Of a DNA stretch of 64,000 bases, positions 9,236 through 17,742 are shown in pieces (the first letter of the stretch is position 1; every line of letters starts with the position of its first letter). A program made the position numbers and the translations under genes. The stretch lies in NCBI GenBank assembly GCA_038868075.1, contig JAWBXB010000005.1, positions 43,540 to 107,539 of the forward strand, given 5' to 3'. Source of the stretch: Candidatus Bathyarchaeia archaeon (GTDB taxonomy: Archaea; Thermoproteota; Bathyarchaeia; Bathyarchaeales; DTEX01). The notes under the pieces were generated by a model. The model had not been told where the DNA came from, made no database searches, and worked only from the letters and a program-made list of their open reading frames with translations.

Positions 9236-9712
9236 TTGGGGAAGATTCAAGCTGAGATAAGAACATCTTTCGGCAAAATAATTGTTGAGGGTGCAACAGC
9301 TAGCGACCTCCTCGAAACATTAAGATCTTTACCTAAGGATTTTATTAATGAATTAGAAAACGTTATTTCTGAGGCTACCACATTCAGTAAGAATAAAGAA
9401 TTTAATGATTTGGTAAAGTTTACAGAAAACGGCCCAATTTTAATTCTAAAGGACCCCGGAATTATTACACATTACGAGGCAGTCGGCTTAATTCTGTATT
9501 TTTCTGAGAATAGAAGTAATAGGCCATCCCAAATAAGATATCTTCTTGAGTACTCCGGGATAAAAACTCATGTTTCCTCAAGGCTAAATGAAATGGCTAA
9601 ACGCGGACTAGTCTTTAAATTAACAGTTGATGAGGCAAAGTGGACTTTGAGCCCAAGAGGTGAACGTTGGATTGAAGAAGAAGTATTACCGAAGTTAAAG
9701 AGGCTTCTGTGA
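9236..9712 (+). CDS. Hypothetical winged-helix protein, paralog family member 1
   Basis: 158 aa. The C-terminal wHTH-like segment SSRLNEMAKRGLVFKL...WTLSPRGERWIEEEVLPKLK aligns with the products of 10570..11106 and 11099..11617. Confidence 0.6.
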   Translation: MGKIQAEIRTSFGKIIVEGATASDLLETLRSLPKDFINELENVISEATTFSKNKEFNDLVKFTENGPILILKDPGIITHYEAVGLILYFSENRSNRPSQIRYLLEYSGIKTHVSSRLNEMAKRGLVFKLTVDEAKWTLSPRGERWIEEEVLPKLKRLL

Positions 9713-9715
9713 TTA

Positions 9716-10453
9716 TTACTCCTTCTCTTTAGCATACTCATCATAGGCTTTGAGCATAGCTTTAATATATTCCTTCAGCATATCAGGTGTTATTTCCGAG
9801 CTTATTGTTAGGTTTACTGAAATATTTGCTCTAGGTTCAAGAGGTATTCCGGAGGGGAAAACCTGTTTTTCTTTAATCTTTTCAGCAGGCTTAACCGCCC
9901 TAACTTCACCTGGTATAGCAACTTTCTTAGTTAACTTAGCGGGCTTTGTAGGCGTATATAACCAATCTATTTGAAAGGCATATGCTATTAAATCTAGGAA
10001 GGCACTTAATCCAACTTTGTCAGCTCTAAGATCTCCAACCACTCTTGGTAGTTCAACTAAAATGGAATCCCTATCCATGCTACTACTTCTTATGCGCTCA
10101 ACAAACTTTGTTAAGACCTCATCCTTAGACAGAATGTCTCTCAGTAACTGTTTAGTTAAGCTACTTTCAGGGTCTATTCGATACGCATATGCAAATTCCG
10201 CAGCCTCACGTGTCAATCTATATTTTCCCTGTTCCTTCTCGCTTTCTTCTATAAAACCCCAGCTTTTAAGAAAGCCATTATTACGACTAATATTATGCAA
10301 TGTGACAGTAGATCTTTCCGCTACATCGCTAACACCCACATACTCTTTATCTGCGCCAGCATTCAAGTATGCGACAAGAATGTCACATATTTTAGAGAAG
10401 CTTAAGCGCCTAGGAAGAATTTTAGATGTACACAAAATGGATCCCTCAACCAC
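9716..10453 (-). CDS. Hypothetical protein with an N-terminal winged-helix domain
   Basis: 245 aa. Reads ICDILVAYLNAGADKEYVGVSDVAERSTVTLHNISRNNGFLKSWGFIEESEKEQGKYRLT (HTH plus wing). Convergent with 9236..9712 and divergent from 10570..11106. Confidence 0.6.
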   Translation of the reverse strand: MVEGSILCTSKILPRRLSFSKICDILVAYLNAGADKEYVGVSDVAERSTVTLHNISRNNGFLKSWGFIEESEKEQGKYRLTREAAEFAYAYRIDPESSLTKQLLRDILSKDEVLTKFVERIRSSSMDRDSILVELPRVVGDLRADKVGLSAFLDLIAYAFQIDWLYTPTKPAKLTKKVAIPGEVRAVKPAEKIKEKQVFPSGIPLEPRANISVNLTISSEITPDMLKEYIKAMLKAYDEYAKEKE

Positions 10454-10569
10454 ATAAACCTATATGTTTGGGCATAATATTATATTTTTGTTTTCCAATA
10501 TCTTATTCATTTTCATTGGCGAAAAATCTTTAAATCAAAAGTTCCCATATATCTTGAAAACATAAGGAT

Positions 10570-11106
10570 TTGTGGATAACAATGTGTAACGGGGAAGCAA
10601 ACTTAGAGTTAATTGTTAAATATAAGGATATTGAGGCAAAATTCACCGGGAGCCCTGAGGATGTTATAAGAGCTTTCTTTGGTTTCATGAGTAAAGTTCT
10701 TCCAGCATATGATTTCGCTTCCAACCTAATTCTTACAGTAGACTTGGAAGATCTCTTAAAGAGGATTAAAGGGTTAATAGCGTTTACACCGGAGGGACCT
10801 GTGATAACAATCCCCCGTGAAAGACTTGGTGGAGATAGGAATGTAATAATATTGAATCTTATTAAGGCGTATGTTGGGTATAAAACTGGACGTTTAGAAA
10901 AAGATTCGCTTTCGATGTCTGAGATAATGGCTTTAACTGGCGGCAAAAGTGGAACCATTGCCGCTCGTTTAAGCGAGCTAACGGATATTGGTTTAGTTGA
11001 GAGAGTTGGACGTGGGGAGTATAGAATTACAACACTAGGTGTTAAGTTCTTTTTAGAGGAGGTTCTTCCGAAAATTAAGTTAGAGGGCGGATCTGGATTT
11101 GAGTGA
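10570..11106 (+). CDS. Hypothetical winged-helix protein, paralog family member 2
   Basis: 178 aa. Reads IAARLSELTDIGLVERVGRGEYRITTLGVKFFLEEVLPKIK. The likely start is ATG 10582. Confidence 0.65.
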   Translation: MWITMCNGEANLELIVKYKDIEAKFTGSPEDVIRAFFGFMSKVLPAYDFASNLILTVDLEDLLKRIKGLIAFTPEGPVITIPRERLGGDRNVIILNLIKAYVGYKTGRLEKDSLSMSEIMALTGGKSGTIAARLSELTDIGLVERVGRGEYRITTLGVKFFLEEVLPKIKLEGGSGFE

Positions 11107-11617
11107 AAAAGGAAAAGGAGTTGTTAAAGTTCATTTAGAATTTAACGATATTAAAGCTGATTTTGAGGGGGATTCTGACCAGGTTTTTGAGTCTGTACTA
11201 CGATTCCTATCACAAATAAATCCAAATATCGAGGTTCTCCGGAGGATAATTTATACGCCAGACATTGTAAAACTGATGAATTCTATCGCCGGATTAGTGG
11301 AGATAACACCAGGTGGACCAACAATAACACCAAGCGCCAATCTACCTACTAAAAGCTCTATATGCCTAGTTCTTTTAGGCGCATACATTGGCAATAAGAT
11401 TGGAAAGATGCAGAAGGATACTTTATCCGTAAATGAGATATCAATGTTAATAGGGAAGGCCAGAAAAACCGTGAGCAATGAGATTCCAAATCTTGTTGAA
11501 AGCGGATTAGTTGAGAAGGTATCTGAGGGAGAATATCGAATAACACAGCTGGGAATAAGGAGAACCGAAGAACTAGTTAAATCGATAAAGCAGGGCAGCA
11601 CATTACCTACCAAGTAG
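11099..11617 (+). CDS. Hypothetical winged-helix protein, paralog family member 3
   Basis: 172 aa. It overlaps the previous gene by 8 nt. VSNEIPNLVESGLVEKVSEGEYRITQLGIRRTEELV is collinear with 10570..11106 along its whole length. Confidence 0.65.
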   Translation: MSEKGKGVVKVHLEFNDIKADFEGDSDQVFESVLRFLSQINPNIEVLRRIIYTPDIVKLMNSIAGLVEITPGGPTITPSANLPTKSSICLVLLGAYIGNKIGKMQKDTLSVNEISMLIGKARKTVSNEIPNLVESGLVEKVSEGEYRITQLGIRRTEELVKSIKQGSTLPTK

Positions 11618-11624
11618 ATCGGTT

Positions 11625-12890
11625 ATGGAAAAATCCAATTTTTACGTTAGTGATATATACATCTTTTTAATTTCTCGTAATTGCTTATCTTCTGTTTTAG
11701 GGAGCCGTGAGGAGGTCTTGAGGGGTAAGCCTTTAGCCGCTGTAGTTTCAGCTGGATTATCAAAGTTTGGTAAAAGAGATGGCTTTTCAGGTAGAGAGAT
11801 GTTTATTGAAGCCGCTAAAGAGGCATTTGAAAGATGCCCTAACATTGATCCGAAAAGGGATATTAAGGCGCTCATAGTTGGCAATATGAGTGAATCCTTT
11901 GAGCATCAATGCCACTCGGCTCCAATAATGTCAGACTGGGCTGGCTTATTGCCTATACCATCAGTTAGAGTTGAGGTTGCATGCGCATCTTCAGGAGCCG
12001 CTATTAGGTATGGATTAATTTCAATACTCTCAGGCATGTACGATGTTGTTATGGTCGGCGGCTTCGAAAAGATGACTCATAGAACAACGCTTGATGCAAC
12101 TGAATACTTAGCTATGGCATCTGACTTCCCATTTGAGCAATGGAATGGAGCAACATTTCCGGGATTATTTGCGCTTATGGCAACAGCACATATGAATGAC
12201 TATGGGACAAGTGAGGAGCAAATGGCTCTTGTTGCAGTTAAAAATCATCATAATGGCACGTTAAATCCAAAAGCCCATATACAGAAAGAGGTTACTGTTG
12301 AGCAGGTTTTAAGCTCAAGAGTGATAGCTAAACCATTAAAGCTTTTTGACTGCTCCCTAATCTCTGATGGAGCTAGCTGTGCGATTTTAACTAGACCGGA
12401 TATGGCGAGAAAATATACTGATACACCCGTTTATATAATAGGTTCAGGACATGGGACGGATGCGATAGGACTTTATGAGAGAGAAAGCCTAACAAGTCTT
12501 AAAGCGACGAGGCTTGCCGCTAAAGAAGCTTACGAGATGGCTGGTTTAGAAGCCAAAGATATTGATATCGCTGAGGTCCATGATTGCTTCACAATAGCCG
12601 AGATAATTGCCTATGAAGATTTAGGTTTTTGTAAACCTGGAGAGGGTGGAAAATTTATTGAGGAAGGCATTCCAACACTGGATGGTGAACTACCAGTGAA
12701 CACTAGTGGGGGTCTTAAAGCGAAAGGACACCCCGTTGGCGCAACGGGTACGGCGCAGTTATACGAAATCTTCCTGCAACTGACTGGTCAAGCTGGTGAA
12801 AGGCAGGCTGATGGATGCAATATTGGTTTGACACAGAATTTAGGTGGAAGTGGTGCAACATGCATAGTTCATATATATTGTAGGGGGTGA
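11625..12890 (+). CDS. Archaeal acetyl-CoA acetyltransferase (thiolase)
   Basis: Thiolase motifs VACASSGAAI, HDCFTIAE and GHPVGATG. The first roughly 30 codons look non-homologous, so the alternative in-frame TTG at 11718 (LRGKPLAAVVSAG) is plausible. Confidence 0.88.
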   Translation: MEKSNFYVSDIYIFLISRNCLSSVLGSREEVLRGKPLAAVVSAGLSKFGKRDGFSGREMFIEAAKEAFERCPNIDPKRDIKALIVGNMSESFEHQCHSAPIMSDWAGLLPIPSVRVEVACASSGAAIRYGLISILSGMYDVVMVGGFEKMTHRTTLDATEYLAMASDFPFEQWNGATFPGLFALMATAHMNDYGTSEEQMALVAVKNHHNGTLNPKAHIQKEVTVEQVLSSRVIAKPLKLFDCSLISDGASCAILTRPDMARKYTDTPVYIIGSGHGTDAIGLYERESLTSLKATRLAAKEAYEMAGLEAKDIDIAEVHDCFTIAEIIAYEDLGFCKPGEGGKFIEEGIPTLDGELPVNTSGGLKAKGHPVGATGTAQLYEIFLQLTGQAGERQADGCNIGLTQNLGGSGATCIVHIYCRG

Positions 12891-12894
12891 CATC

Positions 12895-13299
12895 TTGAGC
12901 GGTGAAGAATACCCGCTTACAATTGAGCAATTCTACAAGTTTATAGGTGAAAAGAAACTTATGGGCGCAAAATGTAACAAGTGTGGAAATATTCTTGTTC
13001 CACCCAGACCAATATGTCCAAAATGCTTTTCAAACAATTTAAGCTGGATCCAGCTGGAGAATAGGGGTAAACTTTTAACGTATACTGTTATTCATGTTGC
13101 GCCAGGAATGTTTCAGCAAATGGTTCCTTACGCCATGGGAATAATTGAGCTAAAGAATGGTGTCCGATTACCAGGAATAATCCAAGGAGTAAAGCATGAA
13201 GATCTAAAGATAGGTATGGAACTAGAAGTAGACTTTGACACAAAAATTCCCTCAACGTGGCCTCAATGGCCAAGATACTTCTTTAGGCCATCATCATAA
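12895..13299 (+). CDS. DUF35 OB-fold/Zn-ribbon protein (thiolase/HMG-CoA synthase scaffold family)
   Basis: Zn-ribbon CNKCGNILVPPRPICPKCFS followed by an OB-fold region. Canonical position directly downstream of the thiolase. Confidence 0.85.
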   Translation: MSGEEYPLTIEQFYKFIGEKKLMGAKCNKCGNILVPPRPICPKCFSNNLSWIQLENRGKLLTYTVIHVAPGMFQQMVPYAMGIIELKNGVRLPGIIQGVKHEDLKIGMELEVDFDTKIPSTWPQWPRYFFRPSS

Positions 13300-13350
13300 A
13301 TTAATTTACTAAGATTCGTTTTTCGCAGTATTTCATTTGGTGCATTCTCT

Positions 13351-13614
13351 ATGAGCGAGGACGAATTCAGTAAATATGTGAATGACCCTCTCTGGCCAAT
13401 TCTAGTAGAGACTGTCCATGCAATAGTTATGTATAGACATCATAAGGCTTATGTCAGAGAAAAAGTGTTGCGTGAGCAACCAAATATATCGCCTAGAAAA
13501 CTTGCTGCGGATATGGGCATACCACTTGGCGAAGCAATAGTCATTTTATATGAGATTAGGAGCGAGTTGGGGGAGAAGGCAAAATTCAGCGTCTCTCAGC
13601 CTTCAACAACATAA
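13351..13614 (+). CDS. Hypothetical small HTH-like protein
   Basis: 87 aa. Reads [24 protein letters not shown] (HTH-like). Its 3' end overlaps the convergent rpoH by 19 nt. Confidence 0.5.
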   Translation: MSEDEFSKYVNDPLWPILVETVHAIVMYRHHKAYVREKVLREQPNISPRKLAADMGIPLGEAIVILYEIRSELGEKAKFSVSQPSTT

Positions 13615-14138
13615 CGGTAATAGACGTGTTCCCCAGCTGTTGGGCTGCGTCTCGTTATCTTAATTATATCTCCAGGTTTAGCTCCAATAACTCGTACAAT
13701 TGGGTCAGATGTCTTTATGCGGGGTAGTTTATATGGTTCAACACGATATTTCTCCAGAACCTCTTTTCTCTCCTCAGGAGAGAGAATTTCATGCTTTGGA
13801 ACAAGATAGTGCCTAAATATATTGAATGAAGGGAAGTCTTGTGGTATCAGCTCAATATTCTTCCTCCGAGCTAAGGATTTGGCTGACTGAGTATATTTTC
13901 CGCTCACAATTATGCCGTTCTCAACATTCTTAGAACTCATATATTTTGCCATTTGATTAATATATTTCACGCCTATAGCTTCATCTGTTGAAATAACCCA
14001 AATAAGAATCTTCTTACCTTCAGAATCCTCAACAGTGATTAAGGCGCCCTCTTTGGCATTCTCCCTTTCTAGTAACTTATAATTTCTAAGTTCAATTAGC
14101 ACCTGCGTTTTCCTTTCAAGTATAGGGTCAAGAGCCAA
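13596..14138 (-). CDS. rpoH: RNA polymerase subunit H (Rpo5) with an Rpb5-like N-terminal extension
   Basis: The C-terminal 70 aa, [66 protein letters not shown], form the RpoH/Rpb5 C-domain. About 105 additional N-terminal residues sit in the same ORF (TTG start 14138). Confidence 0.9.
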   Translation of the reverse strand: MALDPILERKTQVLIELRNYKLLERENAKEGALITVEDSEGKKILIWVISTDEAIGVKYINQMAKYMSSKNVENGIIVSGKYTQSAKSLARRKNIELIPQDFPSFNIFRHYLVPKHEILSPEERKEVLEKYRVEPYKLPRIKTSDPIVRVIGAKPGDIIKITRRSPTAGEHVYYRYVVEG

Positions 14139-14496
14139 AAACCTGAAGCACCCCTTAACCTCAAATATTGTTTGTTATAATCCAGAATAACTCAACTTTT
14201 AAACTTTACGTTATTATTTAGGGTTACTTGAAGAACTACCTCTCTCAGAAAATTAACCATAGCCGCTATGACACCAATAGTCTGTGAAACTATACTAAAA
14301 ATCCTGCTACAACATCTTCTACATTTGACTCACATAAGAGTTTCTAAGGTTTGAATCTGCTGCTTCGGCTGGAACTATGCCTATTGATCTGCCAACATTT
14401 CGCTAACCTGAAAAGGAAAGAGCTTAAATGTTAATTTCGAATTTTCTATGGATTAATGCTGAGATAAATAGGATTTGAGTTCATTTAGGGGATTAG

Positions 14497-14979
14497 GTGG
14501 AATTGAAGTTTAAGGTTGTTGCTATTGGCGGAACATTCGATGAGTTACATAAGGGACACAAAACCCTGCTGAAGACCGCATTTGCGTATGGTGAGAATGT
14601 TTGGATAGGCTTGTGCACGGATGAGTTTGCAAAAAAACTCCGTAAAAATCATGAGATCGCTCCCTATGAAGAGAGGGTTAACGAGTTAAAGCGTTTTCTC
14701 AATGATTTGGGTGCATCTAATAGGGCTAAAATAATCCCGCTCTCGGACTCTTATGGTCCAGCAGCAATAAGCACTGAGATAGATGCTATAGTGGTTAGTA
14801 AGGAGACTGAGCCTAGGGCTAGAGAAATAAATGTTTTAAGAGTGAGGAATGGGCTTAAACCTCTTGAAATAATTGTTATAGATATGGTTCCAGCCGAAGA
14901 TCAGATTCCAATATCAACCACGAGGATTAGGCGTGGTGAAATAGATAGGGAAGGAAAAATAATAAAGAGGGAAAAATAG
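14497..14979 (+). CDS. coaD: Archaeal phosphopantetheine adenylyltransferase (cytidylyltransferase fold)
   Basis: VVAIGGTFDELHKGHKTLL (the (H/T)xGH nucleotidyltransferase motif) and C-terminal ISTTRIRRGEID. Confidence 0.85.
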   Translation: MELKFKVVAIGGTFDELHKGHKTLLKTAFAYGENVWIGLCTDEFAKKLRKNHEIAPYEERVNELKRFLNDLGASNRAKIIPLSDSYGPAAISTEIDAIVVSKETEPRAREINVLRVRNGLKPLEIIVIDMVPAEDQIPISTTRIRRGEIDREGKIIKREK

Positions 14980-15065
14980 ATTTAATGCGGAAAGTTTAAG
15001 TTCAAAATTAGTTATTTATTTTGTGGGGTAATATAATATTCTGATTCGCGTGTGTAGTGATTTAG

Positions 15066-16202
15066 TTGAGAAGAACTGGTCTAGCCGAGCTACCGCTTCA
15101 TGATGGTAAAGCTCCTCAGTGGCTAGTTGAGCGCATGATAAAGTTAGCTAGAGAGATAGTCGCAATAATTATTGACGAGTATGGGCATGAAATTTTCCTA
15201 CAGAGGATTTCAGACCCCTATTGGTTTCAGGCTTTTGGTTGTGTTCTAGGCTATGACTGGCATTCATCTGGTGTTACAACCGTTGTTACTGGAGTACTCA
15301 AGACAGCCTTAAAAAGCGAGGATCTAGGCGTAGCAGTCTGTGGGGGTAAGGGTAAAGCCTCTAAGGAGACGCTCTCTGAGATAATTAAGGTTGGAGAAAC
15401 ATTTAATCTATCAACTAACAAAATAGAGAGTCTCCGATATGCCAGTAGAATGAGTGCAAAGGTTGATAATACAGCGATACAAGCTGGCTACCCACTCTAC
15501 CACCACGCATTCTTTGTCACCGAACATGGAAAGTGGGCTGTAATACAGCAGGGCATGAATATAAATGATAGGACAGCGCGGAGATACCATTGGCTCTCAG
15601 ACCACGTGGAAAGCTTCGTTGTTGAGCCACATAAGGCCATAGTTGGGGACGTAAGGCGACCAATAGCCCTAGACATGACAGCTAAGGAGAGCGAGGAATG
15701 CCGGAAAACATCCGTTGATATAGCCAAGGAGAGAACGGAGAAAGTTGCCAGAATGTTTGAGATGATAAGATCAGCATGCCAGAGATCCCTCCAAGAGTGG
15801 ATTCCGGAGATACCGGCTAAAGAGTGGAAAGAATATGTTGCAGAGTTCCTTAAGATGCCCTTCACAATAAACTGGAAAGCCCTAAAAAGAGCCTACGAGA
15901 TACAGCCAAGAAACTATGAGGAGCTGCTGGGCATTAAGGGCATAGGTCCCTCAACGGTTAGAGGCCTAGCCTTAGTAGCCGAGATAATATATGGCAATAA
16001 GCCAAGCTGGAGAGACCCAGTCAAATACTCCTTCGCATACGGTGGCAAAGACGGGGTTCCATACCCCGTAGATAGAAAAGCAATGGACGAATCAATAAGC
16101 ATACTAAGGGAAGCTGTTGAAAAGGCGCGACTAGGAGACAGAGAACGCCTAAACATACTCCAAAAACTAAGAAAATTCGTACCACCAGACGTTAAAACCT
16201 AG
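15066..16202 (+). CDS. DUF763 family protein with a helix-hairpin-helix motif
   Basis: 378 aa. The N-terminus RRTGLAELPLHDGKAPQWLVERM is typical of DUF763 as I recall it. HhH-like LLGIKGIGPSTVRGLALVAE. Confidence 0.7.
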   Translation: MRRTGLAELPLHDGKAPQWLVERMIKLAREIVAIIIDEYGHEIFLQRISDPYWFQAFGCVLGYDWHSSGVTTVVTGVLKTALKSEDLGVAVCGGKGKASKETLSEIIKVGETFNLSTNKIESLRYASRMSAKVDNTAIQAGYPLYHHAFFVTEHGKWAVIQQGMNINDRTARRYHWLSDHVESFVVEPHKAIVGDVRRPIALDMTAKESEECRKTSVDIAKERTEKVARMFEMIRSACQRSLQEWIPEIPAKEWKEYVAEFLKMPFTINWKALKRAYEIQPRNYEELLGIKGIGPSTVRGLALVAEIIYGNKPSWRDPVKYSFAYGGKDGVPYPVDRKAMDESISILREAVEKARLGDRERLNILQKLRKFVPPDVKT

Positions 16203-16477
16203 ATCTCAAAGAATCATTTTTATGGCAGCAGGTATTCTTCCATCCCTTCTCCCAAAACCAATTTTATATATACTTCTCGCTAAATTTTCTGGGATCTCCC
16301 TTCAACAATTCTCCCTATTTATGAAAATCGAATATTTAAGGACTAGGCTGCCCAGTGAATCGTTTCAATATGACCCGCATTCCTCTGGCTGAACTTATCC
16401 AAATCAAACAATGATTACCGCTCTGTAAGAGATCTTTTATGAGATTACCTAATATTAAACTAAAATAAAAAAGAGGG

Positions 16478-16884
16478 TTACTTAGGTCTTCTGAGTAGAG
16501 CGAGGGTTGCCATGACGATAGCTACAACTGAGAGGACTATTGAGACAATAAGATATTCTATGGGAGCGGGCGTTCCAGGATCGCCTTTTGGACCTTGTGG
16601 ACCCTGCGGACCTTGTGGACCTCTCATATCAATAACTTTAAATGATGCACTCGCACTTTCACCTACATTATTCATTACAGTAATAGTATAAATTCCAGGT
16701 TCTGATTGCGCCGGAATACTAATTATGGCGGTAAACTCACCATTCTCATCAACAATTACCTTGTTTGGAACAGTAGGTACAATTATTCCTTTCCAAGTAA
16801 CAGTTATTATAGAGTCATGAGGAACAAAAGACTTAACATTATAGCTGAAAAGACGCTTCTCTCCATTTTAATGCCCCTTTTCAT
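16478..16884 (-). pseudogene. Frame-split small surface protein: signal-like N-terminus, Ig-like domain, collagen-like G-X-Y repeats, C-terminal TM anchor
   Basis: ATG 16884 opens MKRGIKMERSVFSAIMLSLLFLMTL and stops at TAA 16809-16807. A second frame, open over 16867..16478 with no canonical start before Met 16675, reads ...SFVPHDSIITVTWKGIIVPTVPNKVIVDENGEFTAIISIPAQSEPGIYTITVMNNVGESASASFKVIDMRGPQGPQGPQGPKGDPGTPAPIEYLIVSIVLSVVAIVMATLALLRRPK. Confidence 0.5.
16568..16621 (-). repeat. Collagen-like triplet repeat (GPQ GPQ GPQ GPK GDP GTP)
   Basis: Six consecutive G-X-Y codon triplets. At nucleotide level this is GGTCCACAAGGTCCGCAGGGTCCACAAGGTCCAAAAGGCGATCCTGGAACGCCC on the minus strand. Confidence 0.85.
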
Positions 16885-16891
16885 TAAATTC

Positions 16892-17158
16892 TCAAAAATT
16901 ATTTGACACTTTAGATATATATGTTTTTACATTATTTTTACTTTTAAGTGACTTATTTCTGAAGTGATTAAGACTCCTTATAATAGCCCAGATAAAAATA
17001 AAGATTATCAGGGCAATAACTAACAGAGAAGGAAATAGAACTAATATTATATAAAAGATTATGAGAGGCAATAAAATCATCATAAGCAATAAGAGGAAAA
17101 TTAACCAGAACCATTTTTGCCTTAAAGGCCAAGAATATTTTTGGAATATTCCAAACAT
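16892..17158 (-). CDS. Small hydrophobic membrane protein (hypothetical)
   Basis: I prefer the internal ATG 17158 (MFGIFQKYSWPLRQKWFWLIFLLLLMM...). It keeps two predicted TM helices and avoids overlap with the divergent gene at 17226. The region is very AT-rich. Confidence 0.45.
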   Translation of the reverse strand: MFGIFQKYSWPLRQKWFWLIFLLLLMMILLPLIIFYIILVLFPSLLVIALIIFIFIWAIIRSLNHFRNKSLKSKNNVKTYISKVSNNF

Positions 17159-17225
17159 AATATAATTTTGTAAAGTTACATATTTTAGCTTTTTCTTTAT
17201 AAGATAAGAAATTGTAGAAGAGATT

Positions 17226-17735
17226 ATGCAAAGAAAATCTTCACGAAAGAATCCGAAGATTTCGAGGAGAAAGAGAAGGGAGAAGACTATCTTTAAATTC
17301 TCAATCATTCTCGCTTTTATTATAATAGTTGCTATAGTGATTTTAATTATTTTAAAGCAACCCTCACAAACACAAAAGTCTAAGATGGATCCAAGTGAAT
17401 ACTTTATGTTCTTAGATGTATCTGCAGTTGGTTACCACCCTCAAAATGCTCCAAATATAATAAGAATAAGAATGTTACACTTTAAAATAATGCCGATTTG
17501 TGGTAATGCAAATAATGTTGTAATCTTCATGGAAGGAATGGTCAATCCTGCTGACTACTATTATCCTCAAATAAAGAATGGAACTGAACAGATAGTTGAG
17601 ATTACTTTCTCTAATGAGCTTCAAATAAGAAAGGAAGGAGAGAGATATCCAATAAAAATTAGAATACGCGCTGATGAGGCAGAGGGTTATGTGACCATTT
17701 GGTTAGGGGAGGAAGATATACTCTTAACACCATGA
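17226..17735 (+). CDS. Hypothetical single-pass membrane protein with a basic N-terminus
   Basis: 169 aa. A KR-rich N-terminus is followed by the TM helix FSIILAFIIIVAIVILIIL and a roughly 120-aa domain of unknown family. Confidence 0.55.
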   Translation: MQRKSSRKNPKISRRKRREKTIFKFSIILAFIIIVAIVILIILKQPSQTQKSKMDPSEYFMFLDVSAVGYHPQNAPNIIRIRMLHFKIMPICGNANNVVIFMEGMVNPADYYYPQIKNGTEQIVEITFSNELQIRKEGERYPIKIRIRADEAEGYVTIWLGEEDILLTP

Positions 17736-17742
17736 CCCTACT

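Noticed and set aside
16568-16621. Short tandem 9-nt repeats as a CRISPR-like or VNTR array
   Set aside because: The units are codon triplets for G-P-Q collagen-like repeats inside a coding frame. There are no spacers and no repeat-spacer periodicity. I saw no CRISPR array anywhere in the window.
16892-17308. Full 138-aa version of the minus-strand membrane ORF
   Set aside because: The first 50 codons overlap the divergent gene starting at 17226 and add no recognisable feature. The internal ATG at 17158 gives a cleaner 89-aa two-TM protein.
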